From NCBI GenBank assembly GCA_016432285.1, contig CP066682.1:666274-730273 (forward strand): a DNA stretch of 64,000 nucleotides. The letters are read 5' to 3'. This document shows positions 36,423-44,905 of the stretch, piece by piece. A program made the position numbers and the translations under genes. Source of the DNA: Candidatus Kaiserbacteria bacterium (GTDB lineage Bacteria > Patescibacteriota > Minisyncoccia > Phycocordibacterales > UBA2100). The stretch's first letter is position 1, and every line of letters begins with the position of its first letter. The notes under the pieces are model-generated. The model had not been told where the DNA came from. It searched no databases and saw only the letters and a program-made list of their open reading frames with translations.

Positions 36423-37124
36423 ATGGACTACGGGCCAATTTTGGGAGCGCTCGCCGGGGGGTTTTTCCCAGCTCTTGCCTGGCTGTGGTTTTGGCGGCGC
36501 GAAGACGCGCCGCACCCGGAGCCGCGTCGGCTCATCGCCCTCGCCTTTCTGGCGGGCATGGTAACGGTCGCAGTAGTGATTCCCATCCAGAAGGCCGTCG
36601 TGCCCTTCCTCGCGACGCAGACGCTCGTCTTTACCGCGTGGTCGGCGATCGAGGAGATCATGAAGTACGTGGCGGCCTACGTCACCGTGCTCTGGCGCCA
36701 CGACGATGACGAGCCGATCGATCCGGTGATCTACATGGTAACGGTGGCGCTCGGCTTTGCGGCGGCCGAAAATACGCTCTTTCTGCTCTCGCCACTCTCG
36801 GGAGATTCGGTTATCCAGACGGTCATGACAGGCAATCTCCGTTTTGTGGGGGCCACGCTCCTTCACGTGCTCTCGTCGGCCGTAATCGGCGTGGCGCTTG
36901 CCCTCTCCTTCTACCGGGGAAAGCGCTCGAGGCACGTGTACGCCCTCGTCGGAGTTATCCTCGCCTCCGCTTTGCACGCGCTTTTCAACTTCCTTATACT
37001 GAATACGGCCGAGGAGCATCTCCTGCGGACCTTCGGGCTCGTCTGGCTGGGGCTCATTGCACTTCTCGCCATGCTCGAGTACATCAAACGCATCCACCCC
37101 GCGATCAAACGAAAATTTTCATAG
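36423..37124 (+). CDS. PrsW-family intramembrane metalloprotease-like protein
   Basis: Multi-TM with EExxK (AIEEIMKY), AAAENTLF and HxxxN (HALFNF) motifs characteristic of PrsW/CPBP-like proteases. Confidence 0.55.
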   Translation: MDYGPILGALAGGFFPALAWLWFWRREDAPHPEPRRLIALAFLAGMVTVAVVIPIQKAVVPFLATQTLVFTAWSAIEEIMKYVAAYVTVLWRHDDDEPIDPVIYMVTVALGFAAAENTLFLLSPLSGDSVIQTVMTGNLRFVGATLLHVLSSAVIGVALALSFYRGKRSRHVYALVGVILASALHALFNFLILNTAEEHLLRTFGLVWLGLIALLAMLEYIKRIHPAIKRKFS

Positions 37125-37125
37125 C

Positions 37126-37611
37126 ATGAAAGGCTTCTTCTCAAGAATCACCGGCCAGAGCGACGACTACGATTATTTCGACGACCCCAAGGCCACGCGC
37201 GCCGTCTTTGAAGGCGAAGGCGAGGAGCGGCACGCGCACATCACCCCGCGCGACGAAAACGCCTGGCAGGGCGAAGAGCCGGCGGGCGAGCTTGCCGTTG
37301 ACGTGTACCAGACACCCGACGCGATCGTGGTGAAAGCGCTCGTCGCAGGCGTGCACCCCGCCACTATCGACATTTCCCTCTCGCGCGAAATGCTCACGAT
37401 CAGCGGATCTCGCTCCGACGAGCGCGAAGTCGACGAAGAGCATTACTTCCAGCGCGAGCTCTACTGGGGCTCCTTCTCACGCACGATACTCCTCCCGGAA
37501 GAAGTCGACGTGGATATGGCCGAAGCCTCGGAGCGGCACGGCATCCTGATGATCCGTCTTCCGAAGATCAACAAAAAGAAGCAGACAAAATTGAAGGTGC
37601 GCAGCAGATAG
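37126..37611 (+). CDS. Hsp20/alpha-crystallin small heat-shock protein (161 aa)
   Basis: Internal ATG at 37126 (MKGFFSRI...); alpha-crystallin domain ...AVDVYQTPDAIVVKALVAGVHPATIDISL...ILMIRLPK. Confidence 0.85.
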   Translation: MKGFFSRITGQSDDYDYFDDPKATRAVFEGEGEERHAHITPRDENAWQGEEPAGELAVDVYQTPDAIVVKALVAGVHPATIDISLSREMLTISGSRSDEREVDEEHYFQRELYWGSFSRTILLPEEVDVDMAEASERHGILMIRLPKINKKKQTKLKVRSR

Positions 37612-37627
37612 CGTATACTTCGCTCCT

Positions 37628-38353
37628 ATGCCCGAACAAAATTCATCGAGCTCGCTCGACGTATTACAAAAGTTTTCCATTCCGCTCGCGATCGTGCTCG
37701 CGGGCGCCTTTATCGCGGGTGCCGTGTACCTCTCCGGCGGCACGCTGCCAGCAAGTGGCCAGAACCCCCCGTCAGTCAATATCAAAGACGTGAAGATCAC
37801 GGCCACCACCCCCGTCCTCGGCGACAAGAGTGCACCGGCTACGCTCGCTTACTGGTTTGATTACCAGTGCCCGTTCTGCAAAGCCGTCGACGTGGGCGGC
37901 GTGCCGGGCATCAACGTCGAGCCTTCCATGCCAATCCTCGTCGACGAGTACGTGAATACCGGCAAGCTCCGCATCGTCTTCAAAGACTATGCTTTCTTGG
38001 GGCCCGACTCGACCACCGCCGCGCTCTACAAACACGCGGTCTGGGAGAAGTACCCTGACCGCTTCTACGAATGGCACGAGGCGATGTACAAGGCGCAAGA
38101 CGAAGAGAACGGCGGCTTTGGCGACGAGGAATCAATCCTCACACTCATTCGCTCGCTCGGACTCGACGCGAATGCTCTCAAGGCGCTCGTTGACGCAAAG
38201 CGCGACGAATACCTGAAGCTCATCCAAGACGACATCGCGGAAGGCGCGGGCTTTGGCATCAACGGCACCCCAGGCTTCATCACGGGCACGACGCTGATTC
38301 CAGGAGCCGAACAACCTGCAACCTTCAGAGCAGTGATCGACGCGCAGCTCTAG
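37628..38353 (+). CDS. DsbA-family thiol:disulfide oxidoreductase, membrane-anchored
   Basis: N-terminal TM, CPFC active site (YQCPFCKAV), thioredoxin fold length; TATACT 8 nt from ATG. Confidence 0.8.
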   Translation: MPEQNSSSSLDVLQKFSIPLAIVLAGAFIAGAVYLSGGTLPASGQNPPSVNIKDVKITATTPVLGDKSAPATLAYWFDYQCPFCKAVDVGGVPGINVEPSMPILVDEYVNTGKLRIVFKDYAFLGPDSTTAALYKHAVWEKYPDRFYEWHEAMYKAQDEENGGFGDEESILTLIRSLGLDANALKALVDAKRDEYLKLIQDDIAEGAGFGINGTPGFITGTTLIPGAEQPATFRAVIDAQL

Positions 38354-39219
38354 TTCCACTCCTCCACCAGACCCTGGCGGTAAATATCGAAGCTATTCTC
38401 GCCCTCAAACATATCCGACGGGTTCGGGAGGTAGAGGCGCGGGCGTGAAATTTCCGTCGTCGCATCTTTGAGAAGCCGCTGAAAAACAGCAAACTCCTCC
38501 GCGCAGGAGGCAAAATCGATCGCGTATCGCCGCATCTGCGCCGAGCCGTCCGCGTTCCTCGTTTTCTTGCACTCGTACACCACGAAGCGGCGTACCGGCT
38601 TGCCAAACTTCTCCTTGACCGTGTAGTAGTTGAACAGCGCCTGGATGATAAAGAGTGTCTTCCGATTTCCTTGCTTGCTGAACGAGTCGACAAACTTGTG
38701 ATCGACGATATCGAGCCCCTTCGGATCCGCCTTCGATCGCACCACAAGATCGGAGATCGCCTTCACGGGAAGCGGCACGCCCGGCACTTTGGCAAACGCG
38801 CTCGTCTCTACGGCGAGCACGTCGTGCTTCGGAGGCCGCGCGAGATAAAAGCCGATCGCCTGGAGATACTCGCGCTCCATCCCTGCGCGCTTCTCCTTTT
38901 GTGCCCGGCGCGATTTTGCCTTGCCGAAATTGATCTCAAAATCTGCGACGCCCCGCATGTGCTCGAGCCCTAAGTCGACCGCCCCCTCTTTCCCCAATCC
39001 GCCGTAGAAATGCTGCAAGGCCACGTGCGCCGAACGGCCCACGATCGAGGAAGGCGTGGAGGGCGTGTCGTACACATGCTCGACATACCGCTTGTACCAC
39101 GCGAGAGGGTTCCGGAGGAACGCCATCAAAGAAGAGTGGCTCCAGTGTTTGATCGGATACGCCGGGCCAAGGACTGCTTCCGCGGAGATCTTCTCGATGG
39201 CAGGAGAGGAACGAGCCAT
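38350..39219 (-). CDS. PD-(D/E)xK nuclease superfamily protein (RecB/Cas4-like nuclease domain without Fe-S cysteines), 289 aa
   Basis: N-terminal HWSHSSLMAFLRNPLAWYKRYV, GRSAHVALQHFY, and D..DIVDHK catalytic motif typical of PDDEXK_1; only one Cys in the C-terminus. Confidence 0.55.
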   Translation of the reverse strand: MARSSPAIEKISAEAVLGPAYPIKHWSHSSLMAFLRNPLAWYKRYVEHVYDTPSTPSSIVGRSAHVALQHFYGGLGKEGAVDLGLEHMRGVADFEINFGKAKSRRAQKEKRAGMEREYLQAIGFYLARPPKHDVLAVETSAFAKVPGVPLPVKAISDLVVRSKADPKGLDIVDHKFVDSFSKQGNRKTLFIIQALFNYYTVKEKFGKPVRRFVVYECKKTRNADGSAQMRRYAIDFASCAEEFAVFQRLLKDATTEISRPRLYLPNPSDMFEGENSFDIYRQGLVEEWN

Positions 39220-39296
39220 GATCGCGAGTATACCATCGCTTGACTTGGCGCGTGCGGGCGCGCATTATCTCGACTTCGGACTCAAAGGAGGACTCG

Positions 39297-39461
39297 ATGG
39301 CCGAAAAAAGTTCCCCGCGCGAGCATGTGCGTGAGCCCCGTGAGACACGGGACGATGAGATCGAAAAGGCGGTGCGTGCCAAGAAGCTCGCACCCGGCGC
39401 GCACGTGATCGACGGCAAGCGCGTCGTCGTGACGGGCTCGGGCGCTGTGTTGCGCGACTGA
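39297..39461 (+). CDS. small hypothetical protein (54 aa)
   Basis: ATG at 39297 with AGGAGG 8 nt upstream; followed by tandem strong terminators (39466-39518). Confidence 0.45.
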   Translation: MAEKSSPREHVREPRETRDDEIEKAVRAKKLAPGAHVIDGKRVVVTGSGAVLRD

Positions 39462-39465
39462 TCCT

Positions 39466-39518
39466 GCGGCTGATGCCGCTTTTTCTTGAAGAGCCGCTCG
39501 ATGAGCGGCTCTTTTTTC
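39466..39518 (+). terminator. tandem rho-independent terminators
   Basis: GCGGC-tgat-GCCGC-TTTTT and GAGCCGCTC-gatg-AGCGGCTC-TTTTTT. Confidence 0.7.
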
Positions 39519-39607
39519 ATTAATCCCCACGCGGGGAATTGACAAAATATGGCTTAGGAATAGGATATTTCGATCGCGCCACTCACGAAACTTGAAAGGG
39601 GGAAAGA

Positions 39608-40366
39608 ATGACGCGAAGCCTGACTGAAGGCAACTTCCTGAGCCTGGCGGTGAGCGGTCAACGCTTCACCTTCAGGAACAATATGTTCACAAACCTTGCA
39701 GGGAGTTTGCCTCGAATATATCCATGTTCTTCGGGGGTCGATCTCGTGTTCATCGACCTCCTGCGTGCGCTTCCACGCGGCACACTCAACTGTCCTCTTT
39801 TGTGGAACGACGGTGAGTGGTCCGTGGACCCGCTCGCTCGCCTGCTCAAGGACTGGTCCGAGATGGTCCAGGTCATGCGCAGGATTATCGCCGAACGCAT
39901 CACACCGCTGCTGCAACGCGGAATCAAGGTCGTCGCCATCTTCCACGGCTTCGGCCTCAATCTGCTTCTGCACGCGGCGGTAACGCCGGAGTTCAAGTTG
40001 GATCATCCGGTGATCAACCAAGTCTATGAGATACACGGAGGGCTGGTGAAGACCTTCTTCAAGCACTTCAGCCCTCCGGAGTACCTCATCGCCGAGGCAG
40101 ATGCGGAAGCCGTGGCATCGCGGATGGCGAGGGAAAACCCTTCGCTCGCTGCGATTCCGCACCTGCAACGGGTCAAGTTCTCGAAGTTTGAGGAGTCGGC
40201 GATACGAGCGTATCCGACGTTGGTGCCGATGCAGAAGCCTTTTCACTTCATCAAGGCGTCCTTTACCGAAGCCGAGATGACTGCATACGCACAGGACGTT
40301 GTGATCGATCGCATCGAGACCTTCCGCAACCGCGCGGGATGTACTCCTAGAGTTCTGTCAGCGTAA
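39608..40366 (+). CDS. hypothetical protein (252 aa) with atypical codon usage (CTG-rich), possibly acquired
   Basis: Diverse amino-acid composition versus Arg-rich antisense ORF; GGGGGA 6 nt before ATG; hairpin terminator 40381-40408 downstream. Confidence 0.45.
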   Translation: MTRSLTEGNFLSLAVSGQRFTFRNNMFTNLAGSLPRIYPCSSGVDLVFIDLLRALPRGTLNCPLLWNDGEWSVDPLARLLKDWSEMVQVMRRIIAERITPLLQRGIKVVAIFHGFGLNLLLHAAVTPEFKLDHPVINQVYEIHGGLVKTFFKHFSPPEYLIAEADAEAVASRMARENPSLAAIPHLQRVKFSKFEESAIRAYPTLVPMQKPFHFIKASFTEAEMTAYAQDVVIDRIETFRNRAGCTPRVLSA

Positions 40367-40413
40367 CGCGTCACGAACCTGAAGCCCGGCTACGGTCGGG
40401 CTTCTTTCTTGCG

Positions 40414-41895
40414 CTAGAGGTCGGTGCCGGAGTACGAAAGATTCAGACTTTTGTTGCAGAGCGGAAAATCCGGAACGATGTTGCCCGGCCCGATCTCGCC
40501 AAAGAGCGGCCAGTTGCAAAAAGAGGGGTCGGAAATGGCGCACCGCTCGATCCGGCCGTCTTTGTCGAGCCGTACGAAGTCGATGACGCCTCCGCGCCAG
40601 CTCTCGGCCCACCCGAGCGACTCGCCTCCTTTGTATGTCAGCTCTGTAGCGGCAGGGCCCGCAGGCAGGGCCGCGAGCGCCTCGCGTACGATACGAATCG
40701 ATTCAAAAAGCTCCGCCGCCCGGAGGCTGAAGCGAGCGCGCACGTCGCCCGCTTTTTTCATGAGCACGGTGGGCGCGTAGTCGCGATACGCGGCATACGG
40801 ATGATCGCGCCGCAGATCGAAGTCGACGCCGGAGGCGCGTGCGGGGAGCCCGCGCGCACCGTACGCGATTGCCGCCTCGCGCGAGAGCACGCCAGTGGTC
40901 TCAAAGCGCTCCATGAGTCCGTCGCTCTCGTACGCCACTGAAAGGACCGCGCGCATCTCACGCTCGACTCGCGCGAGCGTCGCGAGAATGAAGTCTGTGC
41001 CTACTTTCTCGATGTTATGCGCGCCCCCGAGCACGATCGCGCCGCGCAAAAAGCGGTGACCCACGAGATCCTCGTACATGCGCCGCATCTCCTCCACCAT
41101 GCGAAAGCCCTGCGCCGCCAAAAAAGTAAAGCCTGTGCCCATGCCGCCCATGTTGCCGATATCAAAGACGTGCGCACTCACCCGCTCCAACTCGCACCAG
41201 ATTACACGGAGAGCCTTCGCGCGCGCCGGTACCGAGGCGCCGCACACTTTTTCTACCGCCTCCGCAAAGGCGAGCGTGTGACCCACCACCATATCCCCCG
41301 AGACGCGCTCAATAAAGGGAAAGGCCTCCTGCGGGCTCTTGCCCTCCACGAGCTTCTCCACGCCCTTGTGCTTGAAGAAAAGCTTGCCCTCGAGCGTTAC
41401 GATGCGCTCGCCGCGTACGTTGAAGCGGAAGTGGCCCGGCTCGATGATGCCGGCGTGAATGGGGCCCACGGGAATTTCGTACATACCCTTCCCCTCTACG
41501 CGGTGCATGGGGTACGGCTCATGAGCTTTCGGAAGGCGTGTGTCCCACGCGAAGTCTTTGCGCAAGGGATGAGTGCCGGCCGGAATGTTCTCGTGATGCA
41601 CGAGGCGCCGCCAGTCGGGGTGCCCCTCTGCGCGAATACCGAACTGATCGAAGATGAGGCGTTCGTACCAGTGCGCCGCCATGATCGTGGGCGTGAGAGA
41701 GGGATATACCGGATCCGCTTGCGGCACCTCGGTCCGGAGCGTCGTAAACTCTCCGCCGGATGAGAAGACTGCGTGCACGCCAAAGACACCGAGAGCTTCG
41801 CGCTCGTCGGTTGCGTACAGAAACACGAGCGGAGCACCCTGGTCGACGAGTCTTTTCGATTCAGTCGCAAACGATGAGGTCGGTACGTTTTTCAT
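40414..41895 (-). CDS. fused NuoC/NuoD-like (HycE/HyfG-like [NiFe]-hydrogenase large-subunit homolog) lacking Ni-Fe cysteine ligands
   Basis: N-terminal NuoC block (AHWYERLIFDQFGIRAEGHPDWRRL), NuoD-like core (HFRFNVRGE...); no N-terminal RxCGxC and C-terminal DPSFCNW instead of DPCxxC (single Cys). Confidence 0.75.
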   Translation of the reverse strand: MKNVPTSSFATESKRLVDQGAPLVFLYATDEREALGVFGVHAVFSSGGEFTTLRTEVPQADPVYPSLTPTIMAAHWYERLIFDQFGIRAEGHPDWRRLVHHENIPAGTHPLRKDFAWDTRLPKAHEPYPMHRVEGKGMYEIPVGPIHAGIIEPGHFRFNVRGERIVTLEGKLFFKHKGVEKLVEGKSPQEAFPFIERVSGDMVVGHTLAFAEAVEKVCGASVPARAKALRVIWCELERVSAHVFDIGNMGGMGTGFTFLAAQGFRMVEEMRRMYEDLVGHRFLRGAIVLGGAHNIEKVGTDFILATLARVEREMRAVLSVAYESDGLMERFETTGVLSREAAIAYGARGLPARASGVDFDLRRDHPYAAYRDYAPTVLMKKAGDVRARFSLRAAELFESIRIVREALAALPAGPAATELTYKGGESLGWAESWRGGVIDFVRLDKDGRIERCAISDPSFCNWPLFGEIGPGNIVPDFPLCNKSLNLSYSGTDL

Positions 41896-41896
41896 A

Positions 41897-43345
41897 CTAG
41901 AAAATCGACGCGGCGATTGCGCTCATAATCGTCTGTCCCGCATTTGTAGCGAGCAGTACCCCGAAACTCACGATGAGTACCGCGTGCACCATCATCGCGC
42001 CGTGCGAAATATTGAACGTCTCCCGCTCCACCGACTCCCCTCCCCGCACCGGCGAAAAAAGCAGCGGCATCAGGAAGCGCATGAAGCCCGCGCCGATCAC
42101 AAGAAGTGCAAAAGCGACGAGCGCGAAGGCCACGGGGTGCGTGGAGATGAGTCCGGCAAAAAGGAGGTACTCACTGAAAAAAAGCGGCGAGGGAGGCGCG
42201 GCCAAAAGCGCGAACACGCCAAAAAGAAAGAGGCCGCCGGTGTAGGGGTGGGTTTTCATCACGTCGCCCACGCGCTCAAACTTGGTGCTCTTCCACGCAT
42301 GGAGGATATTGCCCGCGCCAAAAAAGAGCATCGACTTTGTGAGCGCGTGGCCCGTGAGGTGCACGAGCGCCGCGAAGGCGCCAAGCGGCCCAAGACCGAA
42401 GAGAATCGCCGTGATTCCCATGTGCTCGATGGAGGAGTACGCGAGGAGCCGCTTGTAGTCGGTTTGTACGAGAATGAACGCGGCCGGAATCAGCGTAGAG
42501 AGGACGCCGAAAAAGACGAGGAGCACGCTGGTCCATTCTCCCCCGCCTAAGGAGGCGTCCACGAGCGTCTTGTACCGCAGGATCGCAAACAGAGCGGCGT
42601 TGAGAAGCACGCCGGAGAGCATTGCGGAAATCGGCGCCGGGGCGCGGCTGTGCGCGTCGGGAAGCCACGCGTGCATGGGCGCAAGACCCACCTTGGTGCC
42701 GTAGCCGATCAAAACGAAGATAAACGCAATCTGCATGATCTGCGGCGAGAGCGTCGATGCGATCGAGCGGAGGTACGTCCAGTCGATGTTCGGCAAATCC
42801 GGAGCGGCCACCGTAGCCGCGTAGTACGTGAGGAGGAGGCCGATGAGGCCGAGCGAGATCCCGGTCGAGCAGAGCACGATGTACTTCCACGCGGCTTCGA
42901 GCGAGCCCTTGCGGGGATAGAACGAGACGAGGAGCGTGGTCGCGAGCGTGGTGGCTTCGAGCGCGACCCACATGAGGCCGAGGTTGTCGACCGCGACCGT
43001 GAGCATCATCGAGAAGATGAAGGCGGAGAGGAGCGCGAAATAGCGGCGCGCGTGGGCCACGTCGATCGTGCCCTCGTGCAGCTCGGTGCTGATGAAAGGT
43101 ACGCTCACGAGCGTCGCCGACCACTGCAAAAAGGCGATGATGAGAAGCAGCAAAGCGGCAAAGGGATCGAGGTACCACACACCACTCTGGAGCGTGCCGC
43201 CCGCAAGAAGCGGTAGCGTGATGTATGCGGCGAGCGCGAAGAGCGCGGTACTCAGTGTCGATACGGCAGGAAAGAGAGCGCGCTTCGGCAGCGTGAGCGC
43301 GGCGATTGCCGAGAGCGATCCGATGAGAAAGAGTGCGGTGATCAT
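41897..43345 (-). CDS. NuoM/NuoN-like (HyfF-like) antiporter-type membrane subunit
   Basis: 14 TM; conserved GLAPMHAWLPDAH motif of complex I antiporter-like subunits. Confidence 0.8.
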   Translation of the reverse strand: MITALFLIGSLSAIAALTLPKRALFPAVSTLSTALFALAAYITLPLLAGGTLQSGVWYLDPFAALLLLIIAFLQWSATLVSVPFISTELHEGTIDVAHARRYFALLSAFIFSMMLTVAVDNLGLMWVALEATTLATTLLVSFYPRKGSLEAAWKYIVLCSTGISLGLIGLLLTYYAATVAAPDLPNIDWTYLRSIASTLSPQIMQIAFIFVLIGYGTKVGLAPMHAWLPDAHSRAPAPISAMLSGVLLNAALFAILRYKTLVDASLGGGEWTSVLLVFFGVLSTLIPAAFILVQTDYKRLLAYSSIEHMGITAILFGLGPLGAFAALVHLTGHALTKSMLFFGAGNILHAWKSTKFERVGDVMKTHPYTGGLFLFGVFALLAAPPSPLFFSEYLLFAGLISTHPVAFALVAFALLVIGAGFMRFLMPLLFSPVRGGESVERETFNISHGAMMVHAVLIVSFGVLLATNAGQTIMSAIAASIF

Positions 43346-43346
43346 A

Positions 43347-43994
43347 TTAGTCGACGAGCTCGCGGAGGTATTCGGTCGCGAGTGATCCCTGCTCCGCCTG
43401 CGCCCGCAAGACGAGGAGGATGATGAGCGTTACGAACACGCAGAGATCGAAGAGGATCCCAATCTCGACGAAAAACGGCATGCCGCCGGTCATCGCGAGC
43501 CCGAGGAGGAAGATGCCGTTCTCCGTCACGAGGAAGCCGACGGCCTGACCGAACATGTCGGTGCGCGTAAGCAAGAGGAGCATGCCGAGCATCACGAGGG
43601 AGAGCGAAGCGCCGAGCGCGACGACATCGCTCGGCTCTTGTATGAAGCGCCAGGCCGCGAGGAACGAGAGCGCGACGATCGCAAGCCCGCCGAACGTGGC
43701 CGTGGTGGGACGAACGTACGATTGGAGCCGGAGGTTGATGTTGTACTTCTTCGCGATGCGCGTGAGAAACTCCGGGATGAGAAGCACTTTCACGATGAGG
43801 ACGAGGGCGCCGACGGCAAAGAGGGGCCGCTCCCCTTCCATCCATCCGAGCATGAAGGCAAAGCCCGCAAGGAGGAGCGAGAGGAGGCGGAACATCGCGA
43901 TCAGCGAGGAAAAGCGCATGCGGCTGATCAGAATGAGCGCCACGACGACCATCATCGCGCCAAAGGCCGCTGTCGCTGCGAAGACGGAAATCAT
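43347..43994 (-). CDS. HyfE-like small membrane subunit (215 aa)
   Basis: Six hydrophobic segments; size and operon position match hydrogenase-4 component E. Confidence 0.55.
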   Translation of the reverse strand: MISVFAATAAFGAMMVVVALILISRMRFSSLIAMFRLLSLLLAGFAFMLGWMEGERPLFAVGALVLIVKVLLIPEFLTRIAKKYNINLRLQSYVRPTTATFGGLAIVALSFLAAWRFIQEPSDVVALGASLSLVMLGMLLLLTRTDMFGQAVGFLVTENGIFLLGLAMTGGMPFFVEIGILFDLCVFVTLIILLVLRAQAEQGSLATEYLRELVD

Positions 43995-44905
43995 ACGGCG
44001 CCGGAGAGCTTCGAAAGAATAATGAGTGCCGCCCCGCCGAGCGCGAAGAGGAAGGCGAGCGCCATGTACTCCTGCATGCGGTAGAAGCGCATTTTGACGA
44101 TGGTCGATTCGACGAAGGCGACGAGAAACGCGGCGAGGATGAGCTTGCCGAGAAACAGCAGGGCGAGCACCGTGCCACTTGCGGCAAAGCTCGGTAAAAG
44201 GAGCGATACGAAAAGCGTGCCGAGTACGGTGAGTTTGATCGCCGAGGCGTACTCGAGGAGCGCGAGGTACGGCCCGGAGTATTCGAGCATCATGGCTTCG
44301 TGCACCATCGTAAGCTCCAGGTGCGTCGCCGGATTGTCGACCGGATAACGGGCGTTTTCAGCGAGCACCACAAAGAAGAGCGCGATGAGCGTGACGGCCG
44401 TGAGCACGTGCGAGCCCGCGGTGGCGCTCGTGAAGTGCGCGATGATGTCGCCCATCCCGAAGGAGCCGGCAAAGAGGGCGAGCGAAGCGAATACGATAAA
44501 AAGCGGCGGCTCCACGAGCGCGATGAGGCTCATTTCCCTACTCGATCCCATGTTGCCGAAGGTGCTCGCCGTATCCATGCCGCCGAGTACGAGGAAAACG
44601 GAGCCAAGCGCGAGCACTCCTGCGATCAGGAAGACGTTGCCGTACGTGCCGGCGATGGGCACCGCGGGCACGAGCGCAGCGAGTGCGATCGTGCTCCCCA
44701 ATACCACAAACGGCACGGTGTGGAAGACCCACGAGCTGTATCTCGTGATCGTCATGTCTTTCCGCAAAAGTGAGAGGAGCGCCCAGTACGGCTGGAAGAT
44801 CGACGCGCCACGCCGATTCTGGAAGAGCGCTTTAAACTTTCGCACGAGACCGACCGTAAGCGGCGAGGCGAGCAGTATGAGTAGTGTCGGCAGCAGAATG
44901 GTCAT
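43991..44905 (-). CDS. NuoH-like (HyfC/HycD-like) membrane subunit, 304 aa
   Basis: Internal ATG at 44905 (MTILLPTLLILLASPLTVGLVRKF...) overlapping upstream gene by ATGA; NuoH-type topology; upstream 123 codons of the track ORF overlap HyfB and are Arg/His-rich. Confidence 0.8.
   Translation of the reverse strand: MTILLPTLLILLASPLTVGLVRKFKALFQNRRGASIFQPYWALLSLLRKDMTITRYSSWVFHTVPFVVLGSTIALAALVPAVPIAGTYGNVFLIAGVLALGSVFLVLGGMDTASTFGNMGSSREMSLIALVEPPLFIVFASLALFAGSFGMGDIIAHFTSATAGSHVLTAVTLIALFFVVLAENARYPVDNPATHLELTMVHEAMMLEYSGPYLALLEYASAIKLTVLGTLFVSLLLPSFAASGTVLALLFLGKLILAAFLVAFVESTIVKMRFYRMQEYMALAFLFALGGAALIILSKLSGAV

Noticed and set aside
34257-37097. 946-aa minus-strand ORF
   Set aside because: Antisense shadow of valS plus the PrsW-like gene; Arg/His/Asp-rich, no recognisable domains.
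39554-40246. 230-aa minus-strand ORF opposite the 252-aa hypothetical
   Set aside because: Arg/His-rich antisense shadow; the plus ORF has an RBS and terminator.
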